From contig VHBL01000004.1 of assembly GCA_016871995.1 (NCBI GenBank), forward strand, positions 30,696-62,695: a stretch of 32,000 nt of DNA, read 5' to 3'. Positions within the stretch are counted from its first letter, which is position 1. Every line of letters starts with the position of its first letter. Shown in pieces: positions 17,850 through 24,824 of the stretch. This DNA is from Nitrososphaerota archaeon. GTDB lineage: Archaea; Thermoproteota; Nitrososphaeria; Nitrososphaerales; UBA57. The notes under the pieces were generated by a model. It had not been told where the DNA came from. It did not search any database and saw only the letters and a program-made list of their open reading frames with translations. A program made the position numbers and the translations under genes.

Positions 17850-18446
17850 ATGCACAAACTGGACGAACAGGAGATAAAAATTGTAAAGACTCTGATAAGG
17901 AATCCTAGGATTTCGGACAACCAGATCGGTAAACAGACTGGAGTGTCGGTTAGAACCGTTAACAGGAAGAGGAAGAAGCTGGAACAAGAAGGACTATTAA
18001 GTTATTACACGAACCTTGACATGAGCAGTGAAGGTACTGGACAGCTGCTTGCAAGACATATCTATCTGATAAAGTTCAGACTAGGGATCTCACAGGAGAA
18101 GATAATCAACGAAGTGAAGGAAGAACCTAATGTTAGAACCATTTACACCGAAATGATCTACGGGTCGCACCTTGCAGAAATTGATGGGCATACAGCATTG
18201 GTCATGATAATAGAAGGGATGACTGATGATCAGATTAACATTGGTTTCAACTCAAAGATAGTCCCAGCTATGGAGAAGAACCACGGCAAGGGTTGCATAG
18301 AGCAGGTTCAGACAATAAGGCTAGGTAGAACGATAAGACTCTTCCATAATTACCTTCCAATGGTCAACATGAGCAAGGGCTTCATCAAGAGCACTTGGAG
18401 CGACGAAGCCATATTTGTAGGACCTTCAAAGCCTAAAGAAACGTAA
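17850..18446 (+). CDS. Lrp/AsnC-family transcriptional regulator (HTH plus RAM-like domain, with C-terminal extension)
   Basis: 198-aa ORF. LDEQEIKIVKTLIRNPRISDNQIGKQTGVSVRTVNRKRKKLEQEGLL is a classical Lrp/AsnC HTH. It is followed by a beta-alpha-beta ligand-domain pattern (HIYLIKFRL...ALVMIIEG). Confidence 0.8.
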   Translation: MHKLDEQEIKIVKTLIRNPRISDNQIGKQTGVSVRTVNRKRKKLEQEGLLSYYTNLDMSSEGTGQLLARHIYLIKFRLGISQEKIINEVKEEPNVRTIYTEMIYGSHLAEIDGHTALVMIIEGMTDDQINIGFNSKIVPAMEKNHGKGCIEQVQTIRLGRTIRLFHNYLPMVNMSKGFIKSTWSDEAIFVGPSKPKET

Positions 18447-18536
18447 ATTAGAATTATGTAGGATTTCATGTTGGGTAAATGATCTCTTCAAGGGCTTTCG
18501 CTACCTTAAAGCAACTACGTTTTCTGATGCATGGGC

Positions 18537-19184
18537 TTACTCAGAGCTAGCCAACTTGGTAATGCAGGAGACTGCTTGTGGGACTGAAAACCTTGCCATG
18601 TTGATAATTATGGAATAGTGTTGATTGTCATTCCAGTCCACCTTGTAGAACCTCCGAAGGTATTGAGCCGTGGCAGCATCCCTTTCTTTGATTATCTTTG
18701 CTGCCTCTATTATGCCAATTTTTTTGTCGTTCATTAATTTCCTGACTCGGTACTCATATGGCGCAATAATTTTTGCATGTAGTGTGTCAGGGAAGTCCTT
18801 TAGTAATGCCTGCCCGCCTCTTCCTACTACAACGAGCCTTCCTTTCTTCGCTAGTTCCTTGATGATTGTGCCCTCTATGTTTATGCAGGTCTCCTCGTTA
18901 AGGGTTCTTGCAGTCTGAACCAGACTAGAGCCGATAGATGGAGATTCCACAACTGTGATTATTTTTGTGTCTGAGAATATCGATTCGACAAGACCTCTTA
19001 TCCTATAGTCGTCCTCAGAGATATCGCACACTTCTGCCTCATAGATGTTTATCCCTAGTCTTTGGGCCTGCGCACCTAGAAGTTTTCTGTCAAGATGGTT
19101 AAAACCTAGCTCTTCTGCAACCCTTTTTGCGACTATGTCACCATCGGTCCCTATTTCCCTTGAGACGGTTATGACCTGTCTCAT
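18537..19184 (-). CDS. Cytidylate-kinase-like family protein (P-loop NMP-kinase-like)
   Basis: 215-aa ORF. VITVSREIGTDGDIVAKRVAEELGFNHLDRKLL matches the N-terminal pattern of the cytidylate-kinase-2-like family. RGGQALL and ERDAATAQYLRRFY are also typical. Confidence 0.55.
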   Translation of the reverse strand: MRQVITVSREIGTDGDIVAKRVAEELGFNHLDRKLLGAQAQRLGINIYEAEVCDISEDDYRIRGLVESIFSDTKIITVVESPSIGSSLVQTARTLNEETCINIEGTIIKELAKKGRLVVVGRGGQALLKDFPDTLHAKIIAPYEYRVRKLMNDKKIGIIEAAKIIKERDAATAQYLRRFYKVDWNDNQHYSIIINMARFSVPQAVSCITKLASSE

Positions 19185-19284
19185 AGTTGCTATAGTGATG
19201 TACAGAGATATTAGTGTTGTTTTAGAATGAAACTAACATAGCTTTCTGTCGAACTTTAATTAGCCAACACAATTTGGGTATACG

Positions 19285-19292
19285 CATAAATT
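19285..19292 (+). promoter_or_regulatory. TATA-like box (CATAAATT) for a leaderless msrA transcript
   Basis: Centred ~26 nt upstream of the msrA ATG (19315), which is the canonical archaeal TATA-to-TSS distance. No Shine-Dalgarno-like sequence lies between them. Confidence 0.3.
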
Positions 19293-19314
19293 CAGCAAGA
19301 GGGGAATTGTCTAT

Positions 19315-19785
19315 ATGGAGAAGGCTACATTTGGTGCTGGTTGTTTCTGGCATGTTGAAGATGCCTTCATGCGATTAAAAGGAGTGAAACATACTATGGT
19401 GGGCTACATGGGCGGTTCAATGAAGAATCCAACTTATGAAGATGTTTGTACGGACATGACCGGCCATGTTGAAGTAGTCCAAGTTGAATACGATCCATCG
19501 CAGGTTTCCTATAAGGAGCTACTGGGCGTCTTCTGGTCCATACATGATCCAACTACGATTAACAGGCAAGGGCCAGATATCGGTACCCAATATAGATCGG
19601 TAATATTCGTGCATAACAAGAATCAGGAGGCTGCTGCTAAAGCTTCAAAAAAGAAACTCCAATCTTCAGATAAATACAAGAGGGATATTGTAACTGCAAT
19701 AGAGCCGGCTTCAGAATTCCATAAGGCCGAAGAGTATCATCAGCAGTATTACGAGAAGCAAAGGTGTCTACGCATACAGCATTAA
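19315..19785 (+). CDS. msrA: Peptide-methionine (S)-S-oxide reductase
   Basis: 156-aa ORF with [13 protein letters not shown] (GCFW active site), [16 protein letters not shown] and [19 protein letters not shown]. Confidence 0.93.
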   Translation: MEKATFGAGCFWHVEDAFMRLKGVKHTMVGYMGGSMKNPTYEDVCTDMTGHVEVVQVEYDPSQVSYKELLGVFWSIHDPTTINRQGPDIGTQYRSVIFVHNKNQEAAAKASKKKLQSSDKYKRDIVTAIEPASEFHKAEEYHQQYYEKQRCLRIQH

Positions 19786-19837
19786 CCTAACATGTGAGCT
19801 GTAAGGTTCAATAGGCTCCAATATTGCCAATGTCGGC

Positions 19838-20134
19838 ATGGCATACTTTATCCGCCTTGTTAGGTTCACGCCAGAAGGCTTGCGAGAGCTAAAACAATTT
19901 CGAGAAAGACGCATGCAGTTCTTAGAAACCTGTAAAAAGCTCGGCATATCAGTCGTTGCTGAATACATAACAAGCGGTGCTTATGATGTGGTGACTATAC
20001 TCGAAGCACATAACCTCGATACTATACTGCAGCTTAACGCGATAACCGGCTCTAAGGGCAGAACAACTGGTATTACACTCTCTGCAATTACGGCAAAGGA
20101 CTTCGAAAGGGTAGCAGATTCTATTAACGTTTAG
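19838..20134 (+). CDS. GYD-domain protein
   Basis: 98-aa ORF. MAYFIRLVRFTPEGL...GISVVAEYITSGAYDVVTILEA matches the GYD family pattern (a GxYD core, here GAYD). Confidence 0.7.
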   Translation: MAYFIRLVRFTPEGLRELKQFRERRMQFLETCKKLGISVVAEYITSGAYDVVTILEAHNLDTILQLNAITGSKGRTTGITLSAITAKDFERVADSINV

Positions 20135-20224
20135 AGTAATTTGAGGTGCTATAATAACCGTTAAATCCAGCCAATTTGCCCAGTAACTAGGGATTTTAGC
20201 TCTCTGGCTAAAGATGACGAGATA

Positions 20225-20959
20225 TTGAAAACAAGTACCAAACTATTATTGCTGGTTCTGATTGTAGTCGTAGGTGCTGCGGGTTTTATCTTTCTATCTA
20301 CCCCAATTCAAAAACCAGCAACACCCGCTGCTGTAGCGCCTTCGCAACAAAATGCCCCTAAGGCTGCAACGCCAGCTTTCTCCCAGAAGAAAATCTTTGA
20401 CTTTGATAATGATCAGGTAGGTGCAATTCCATCGTATCTTAAAGCGGACAAGACGGGGCAAGGTACAAGAAGCGAATGGTCTATCATGAACGATCCTACA
20501 GCTCCCAGTCCTGCAAACGTTTTAGCTCAAACATCAGACGAAAAAATTCAAGTGCACTTTCCATTAGCAATCTTAAGCAACGAAAAATACAAAGATCTAA
20601 ACGTTAGTGTGTCTTTCAAAACAGTATCCGGTACCATAGACCGATCTGGAGGTATTGTATTTAGGTTCAATGATGCAAACAATTACTATCTGCTTAGGGC
20701 AAGCGCTACAGAAAATGATGTAGTTTTGTACAGGTATGTGGGGGGTAGAAGCTCTATCATAGCTTCAACTAGTGTCATGGTAAGCATAGGCAGCTGGCAT
20801 ACTTTGAGCGTTGTTGCAATAGGCGAATCAATAGAAGGATACTTGGATGGCAAGCGAGTCGTAGAAGTCAGGGATGCTACCTTTCTTTTAGGATCTGTAG
20901 GGCTACGGACAAAGGCGGATTCTGTCACATATTTCGATAACTTCGTGATAGCCTACTAG
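20225..20959 (+). CDS. Membrane-anchored extracytoplasmic protein with concanavalin-A/LamG-like (DUF1080-like) beta-sandwich domain
   Basis: 244-aa ORF with a TTG start and an N-terminal TM (LLLLVLIVVVGAAGFIFL), followed by a Pro/Ala-rich linker. GGIVFRFNDANNYYLLRA...WHTLSVVAIGESIEGYLDGKRV...GLRTKADSVTYFDNFVI resembles the lectin/glucanase-fold domain. Confidence 0.45.
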   Translation: MKTSTKLLLLVLIVVVGAAGFIFLSTPIQKPATPAAVAPSQQNAPKAATPAFSQKKIFDFDNDQVGAIPSYLKADKTGQGTRSEWSIMNDPTAPSPANVLAQTSDEKIQVHFPLAILSNEKYKDLNVSVSFKTVSGTIDRSGGIVFRFNDANNYYLLRASATENDVVLYRYVGGRSSIIASTSVMVSIGSWHTLSVVAIGESIEGYLDGKRVVEVRDATFLLGSVGLRTKADSVTYFDNFVIAY

Positions 20960-22191
20960 AGTAAGAGCGCCGCTGATGCCACACTAGAAGGTTTGGTGTA
21001 TACTTTAACATCCACCCATCTTGCTTCAGCCATGGGGAAATTGTGTTCACATTTCCTACATTTTAGGTTCGATTTTGGTTCTGCAAATAGGTTCCCGCAG
21101 TTCTTGCAACTACTCCTTTTCGTCCTGTAATCTAGACCGTTTATCTTAATTTCCTTCCTGCATTTTGGACATATGCCGTCTTTGTATTCATATTCTGCGC
21201 TTACATTGCCACATCGATAGTGCTCAATCAGAGTTGTAGAGATAAAATCTGCAGCTCCGCATTTAAGGCACTTCCCCAGTTCGTGCAGAAGGAAAGAGGC
21301 ACATTTTGGACAGCCCACCCTTTTCGCAGGTTCGCTATCTTCGAAAAAGCCCTCCTCTGTCAACTTCTGGAGCGCTTTCTCTACTTCATCAACATTTTTC
21401 ATGTAGTTACTTGCAATCTCAAGGGCCGTAAAGTGATCAGGAAGTCTGTCTATTTCCATGCGAATGGTATCAGGTAAATTCCTTGGGTGTGCTTGTTGAA
21501 TTCCTCCAGCAGATATGTCGAATTCTATCCATTCTGTAGAAGGTTTTTGGCTCCTGCTAATTCGTGTTCTCACATACCTCTTCAATCCTGTGGGTGTTTC
21601 CTTAAGAGCCATGTCAATTGCACCGTCTGCCAAAAAAAGAAGCAACATCTCGAGTTTATTGTCTAACAACTGAGGAACAAGTAGGAATAATGCCTTGGCT
21701 CTATCTTGCCTCATGTGGGCAATTACCGTCTGCATGAACTTGTACCCTGCTTCTGGCGAAGAATACGCAAGAATTGAGCTGATATCGTCAAATACTAATT
21801 GATATTCCTGCATGTTCCCCTTTGCCTTCAGAATTGCAGTAAAGAGTTCTGCCAAACCTCCATTAAGACCAAGGGTCAAGTTTGCAGAAGAGGAATTTCC
21901 GGTAATGCCAGAATAACAATCGACGATCGTCAGTAAACCGTTTGAAATCGCTTGTTGCATGTCGAAGCCCAAGCCACCCGCTTGTCTCACGAGTGTCTGG
22001 GGAGATGTTGTAGTAAGCACGTATATGCAAGGTTTGTTCAACTTCAGGCCCTCAAAGGCAAAATGTAACCCAAATACCGACTTTCCTGCTCCATTTGGAC
22101 CTAGTACTATGAATGAACCGTAGGCTCCGTCAAGTATCTGCTTTAATTCCAGAGACCTGTAAAGGAAAGACGTTTGGTTCATTTTTTCCAC
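20956..22191 (-). CDS. KaiC/RecA-superfamily ATPase fused to a winged-helix-like segment and three zinc-ribbon-like motifs
   Basis: 411-aa ORF. Walker A GPNGAGKS, Walker B-like YQLVFDDIS, and an HTH-like segment FTALEIASNYMKNVDEVEKALQKLTEEGFFE. The C-terminus has CPKC-x10-CLKC, HYRC-x13-CPKC and CKNC-x12-CRKC. The track start is GTG (22189-22191); the ATG at 22180-22182 (MNQTSF) is an alternative. Confidence 0.75.
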   Translation of the reverse strand: MEKMNQTSFLYRSLELKQILDGAYGSFIVLGPNGAGKSVFGLHFAFEGLKLNKPCIYVLTTTSPQTLVRQAGGLGFDMQQAISNGLLTIVDCYSGITGNSSSANLTLGLNGGLAELFTAILKAKGNMQEYQLVFDDISSILAYSSPEAGYKFMQTVIAHMRQDRAKALFLLVPQLLDNKLEMLLLFLADGAIDMALKETPTGLKRYVRTRISRSQKPSTEWIEFDISAGGIQQAHPRNLPDTIRMEIDRLPDHFTALEIASNYMKNVDEVEKALQKLTEEGFFEDSEPAKRVGCPKCASFLLHELGKCLKCGAADFISTTLIEHYRCGNVSAEYEYKDGICPKCRKEIKINGLDYRTKRSSCKNCGNLFAEPKSNLKCRKCEHNFPMAEARWVDVKVYTKPSSVASAALLL

Positions 22192-22208
22192 TACCTATGC
22201 ATAGGTAG
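22191..22208. promoter_or_regulatory. Perfect 18-bp palindrome CTACCTATGCATAGGTAG abutting the KaiC-like gene start (candidate operator or 5'-UTR hairpin)
   Basis: I checked the reverse complement by hand and it is identical. It lies at -1..-18 relative to the GTG start, or -9..-26 relative to the ATG alternative. Confidence 0.35.
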
Positions 22209-22327
22209 GCAGGGGTATTGTCTTTTTTTCCGATTTTCCGCAAAAACCCTTTTGGGGGTTAGGGGGTGATAATTGGTCTGGCCTTTATATACTGCTGAAC
22301 TTGAACGTGTTCTATCAGATAAAGAAA

Positions 22328-22522
22328 CTAGTTATGCGTTAGATTTGTGCAGACCTGTGTCTCCCCATTTTGCTTCTGTAGGAAAGTTATACCTATTTCG
22401 GTTAACTTGTCGCATCTAAAGTTTTCAGAGGATCGGACGTGTTGGAGTAACTGACAGGTTGCCTTGTCAAGATTCCTTTCTGCACTTCCAGTTATCATAT
22501 TACCACTTTCAACTATATCCAT
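22328..22522 (-). CDS. Hypothetical small protein (64 aa from internal ATG; 82 aa in the track)
   Basis: The ORF lies directly downstream of the 239-aa gene on the same strand. Starting at MDIVESGN (22520-22522) avoids overlap with the upstream gene. No recognisable motif, so coding status is uncertain. Confidence 0.25.
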   Translation of the reverse strand: MDIVESGNMITGSAERNLDKATCQLLQHVRSSENFRCDKLTEIGITFLQKQNGETQVCTNLTHN

Positions 22523-22544
22523 GATTCTTGCTGTGTTTGGTATC

Positions 22545-23264
22545 TTATTGCAGCATCGAAAGCGCAATTTTTGCAAGTTCGTTGTAAGTTCTATACCCCG
22601 TTATCAGATAGTGCGCACCGTTCCAGATAAAAGAGATGGCACCTGGATTATTGGTTCTCTCTCCCTCTTGAACGTAAACCCATGTCCCGTAGCCAAAACC
22701 ATCTGCTCCCGCATATGCGAAGCGTTGTAACGTTGGTTTGTATGGACTTGTGCTCAACTGGTTTTCTCTTATTGCATTCTCAGCTCTAAGCGACGCATTC
22801 ACATTTGGCCCAATCTTCTCCTCTATTACGGTCAGACCAGAATAGAATAGAGAAACTACGTCCGAGGAGTACCATGAACCTAATCTGACATTCTGGAGCA
22901 CAACCTCTGGAGGGAGACCGGACGGGACGAGTACTGTAAAGTTAGCCCGGTTTCTGGCCTCTTCCAATGAAACTGTTTCGCCAAGCAAATCTCGACGCAC
23001 AGGTCTTGGGTTTTGGGCTGGAGGCTGGGGCAAGGCATCTGCAACATCATTCTTGGGCTCTGGAATTGCCTGCTGGATAGGGATTTGTTCAGGAATTGGT
23101 TCCTCCTTAGCTGCCTCCTGTTCAGGCTCGACTGACTGACTCTTTGCTTTAGGCTCGCCTACGACCGTCGTGTTTGCGTTCTGGGAAATATTTGCGATGC
23201 CAATGCCAGCTGTGACAGTAATAGCAAGAACAAGTACCATCGCTAGAACTAGGAGTTTCTGCAT
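22545..23264 (-). CDS. Secreted/membrane-anchored protein with Pro/Glu-rich linker and DUF4367-like C-terminal domain
   Basis: 239-aa ORF. Signal/anchor MQKLLVLAMVLVLAITVTAG, then the low-complexity linker EPEQEAAKEEPIPEQIPIQQAIPEP. The C-terminal SLEEARNRANFTVLVPSGLPPE...ISFIWNGAHYLITGYRTYNELAKIALSM resembles the DUF4367 pattern. Confidence 0.5.
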   Translation of the reverse strand: MQKLLVLAMVLVLAITVTAGIGIANISQNANTTVVGEPKAKSQSVEPEQEAAKEEPIPEQIPIQQAIPEPKNDVADALPQPPAQNPRPVRRDLLGETVSLEEARNRANFTVLVPSGLPPEVVLQNVRLGSWYSSDVVSLFYSGLTVIEEKIGPNVNASLRAENAIRENQLSTSPYKPTLQRFAYAGADGFGYGTWVYVQEGERTNNPGAISFIWNGAHYLITGYRTYNELAKIALSMLQ

Positions 23265-23423
23265 TAATGGCGCACCATGGAGGAACTTAGTAGTCTAAAT
23301 GGGTTATGAGTTCCTACATTCAAATTCAAAAATTGATACCTAATCCACCAACAAACATTAGTCCTTGGTTGCCATGCAATAGAATCGCTTGGTGTGATGT
23401 TGCGTAAGAACTCCTTCACCCGG

Positions 23424-23430
23424 TATATAA
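23424..23430 (+). promoter_or_regulatory. TATA box TATATAA driving a probably leaderless aldehyde dehydrogenase mRNA
   Basis: A consensus-like TATA sits only 8 nt upstream of the track ATG (23438) but ~26 nt upstream of the in-frame ATG at 23453. This argues that the latter is the real start at or near the TSS. Confidence 0.45.
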
Positions 23431-23452
23431 GGCAGGTATGGGTAAGAGGTTG

Positions 23453-24817
23453 ATGTCGTTGATTCACTGTATAAACCCTGCAACTGAAGAAGAAATGTTC
23501 AACTATAAAGTTGCTTCAAAAGATGATGTAAGAGGAGCTATAGCAAGGGCAAGGAAAGCCTTCAAAAGATGGAAGGGAAATTCTCCATGGGAAAGGTCTG
23601 ATTTTCTTTTTGAGGCTGCAAGCATCATCAGGAACAGGAAGGAAGAATTTGCAATGATAATCACGGAAGAAATGGGCAAACCCATCAAAGAATCCATTGC
23701 AGAAGTTGAGAAGTGCGCCAGAGGCCTTGATTACTATGCTGAAAACGGGCCGAGGTTCCTTGAAGACGAGCTGGTTCTGACCGAAGCTGTTGAGAGCTAT
23801 ATTGCGTTCGAGCCTCTTGGCATCGTGGCATCGATAATGCCGTGGAACTTTCCAATGTGGCAGCCTTTGCGGTTTGCCGCTCCCAGCTTGATGGCTGGTA
23901 ATTCTGTCATACTGAAACCTTCACGTTTTGTTCCTCGATCAGGGATGGCACTGCAAGAAGTTTTTGAAGAGGCTAATCTTCCCGATGACTGCTTCCAGAG
24001 CGTTGCAGGCGATTCTTCTACTGGTGAGGCCCTGCTAGATGCTGACGTTGATGGCTATTCTTTTACTGGTAGCGTTGATGTCGGAATTGAAATTGGCAGA
24101 AGAGCTGGGTCGAGGCTGAAGAAATGTGTCCTCGAACTTGGAGGCAGCGACCCATTCATAGTTTTTGCGGATGCTGATCTAAGGGAAGCGGCCAAACATG
24201 CCGTTATTGGAAAATTCGTAAATGGAGGGCAGAGCTGCATAGCATCGAAACGGTTCATAGTTGTTGAAGATGTCTTTGATGAATTTGTGGAAAAGTTCTT
24301 GTCCAATACCAAAAGACTGAAGGTCGGAGATCCACTCAACAAGAATACTGACATCGGTCCCTTGGTTTCTAAAGAAGCCCTGCAAAAGATCGAAGCTCAA
24401 GTGGAGAAAGCAAGGAAAGATGGAGCTAGAATACTGTGCGGAGGCAGAAGATATGGGAGCAAGGGATACTTCTATGAACCTACCGTCATTGTTGATGTAA
24501 AGGAAAGGATGCAGATAGTCAACGAGGAGGTCTTCGGGCCTGTCGCTCCAATAATCTCTGCAAAAGATGAGGATGACGCAATAAGGATAGCGAACTCGAC
24601 CAAGTTTGGCCTTGGAGCTAGCATCTGGACAGATGCAGAGAAGGCAAAGAAGATAGTTTCTCAGATAGAAGCTGGGCTTGTGACAGTCAACAATGTTGTA
24701 GTTTCTGACCCCAGAATGCCTTTTGGAGGGGTAAAGAATAGCGGAATTGGCAGAGAATTGTCAAGGTATGGCATGCTAGAATTTGTCAATGTAAAATCTG
24801 TCAGAATACATGAATAG
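23453..24817 (+). CDS. NAD(P)+-dependent aldehyde dehydrogenase (succinate-semialdehyde dehydrogenase-like)
   Basis: ALDH superfamily motifs: PWNFPMWQ, FTGSVDVG, VLELGGSDPFIV, GQSCIASKR (catalytic Cys) and EEVFGPV. The start was moved to ATG 23453 (MSLIHCINPATEE) because of the TATA position. Substrate is not assignable from sequence alone. Confidence 0.85.
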   Translation: MSLIHCINPATEEEMFNYKVASKDDVRGAIARARKAFKRWKGNSPWERSDFLFEAASIIRNRKEEFAMIITEEMGKPIKESIAEVEKCARGLDYYAENGPRFLEDELVLTEAVESYIAFEPLGIVASIMPWNFPMWQPLRFAAPSLMAGNSVILKPSRFVPRSGMALQEVFEEANLPDDCFQSVAGDSSTGEALLDADVDGYSFTGSVDVGIEIGRRAGSRLKKCVLELGGSDPFIVFADADLREAAKHAVIGKFVNGGQSCIASKRFIVVEDVFDEFVEKFLSNTKRLKVGDPLNKNTDIGPLVSKEALQKIEAQVEKARKDGARILCGGRRYGSKGYFYEPTVIVDVKERMQIVNEEVFGPVAPIISAKDEDDAIRIANSTKFGLGASIWTDAEKAKKIVSQIEAGLVTVNNVVVSDPRMPFGGVKNSGIGRELSRYGMLEFVNVKSVRIHE

Positions 24818-24824
24818 TTTGCAA

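Noticed and set aside
17805-17987. 60-aa minus-strand ORF overlapping the lrp-like promoter and N-terminus.
   Set aside because: It is antisense to the well-supported Lrp/AsnC HTH region and crosses the intergenic TATA elements. It has no motif.
22211-22268. G-runs (AGGGG, TGGGGG, AGGGGG), considered as a possible G-quadruplex. Also a C/D-box sRNA candidate (GTGATAA at 22266-22272, CTGA at 22295-22298).
   Set aside because: There are only three G-tracts, and the first is separated by a ~35-nt loop, so this is not a canonical G4. The C-like box has a mismatch, the C-to-D distance of ~30 nt is too short, and no C'/D' boxes or terminal stem are present.
22464-22730. 88-aa plus-strand ORF in the 22.3-22.7 kb region.
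   Set aside because: It is mostly antisense to the 3' end of the 239-aa secreted-protein gene, and it has no upstream promoter-like element at a suitable distance.
23264-23467. 67-aa minus-strand ORF between the secreted-protein gene and the aldehyde dehydrogenase.
   Set aside because: It covers the ALDH TATA box and start codon in antisense and has no recognisable features. The region is better explained as a divergent promoter spacer.
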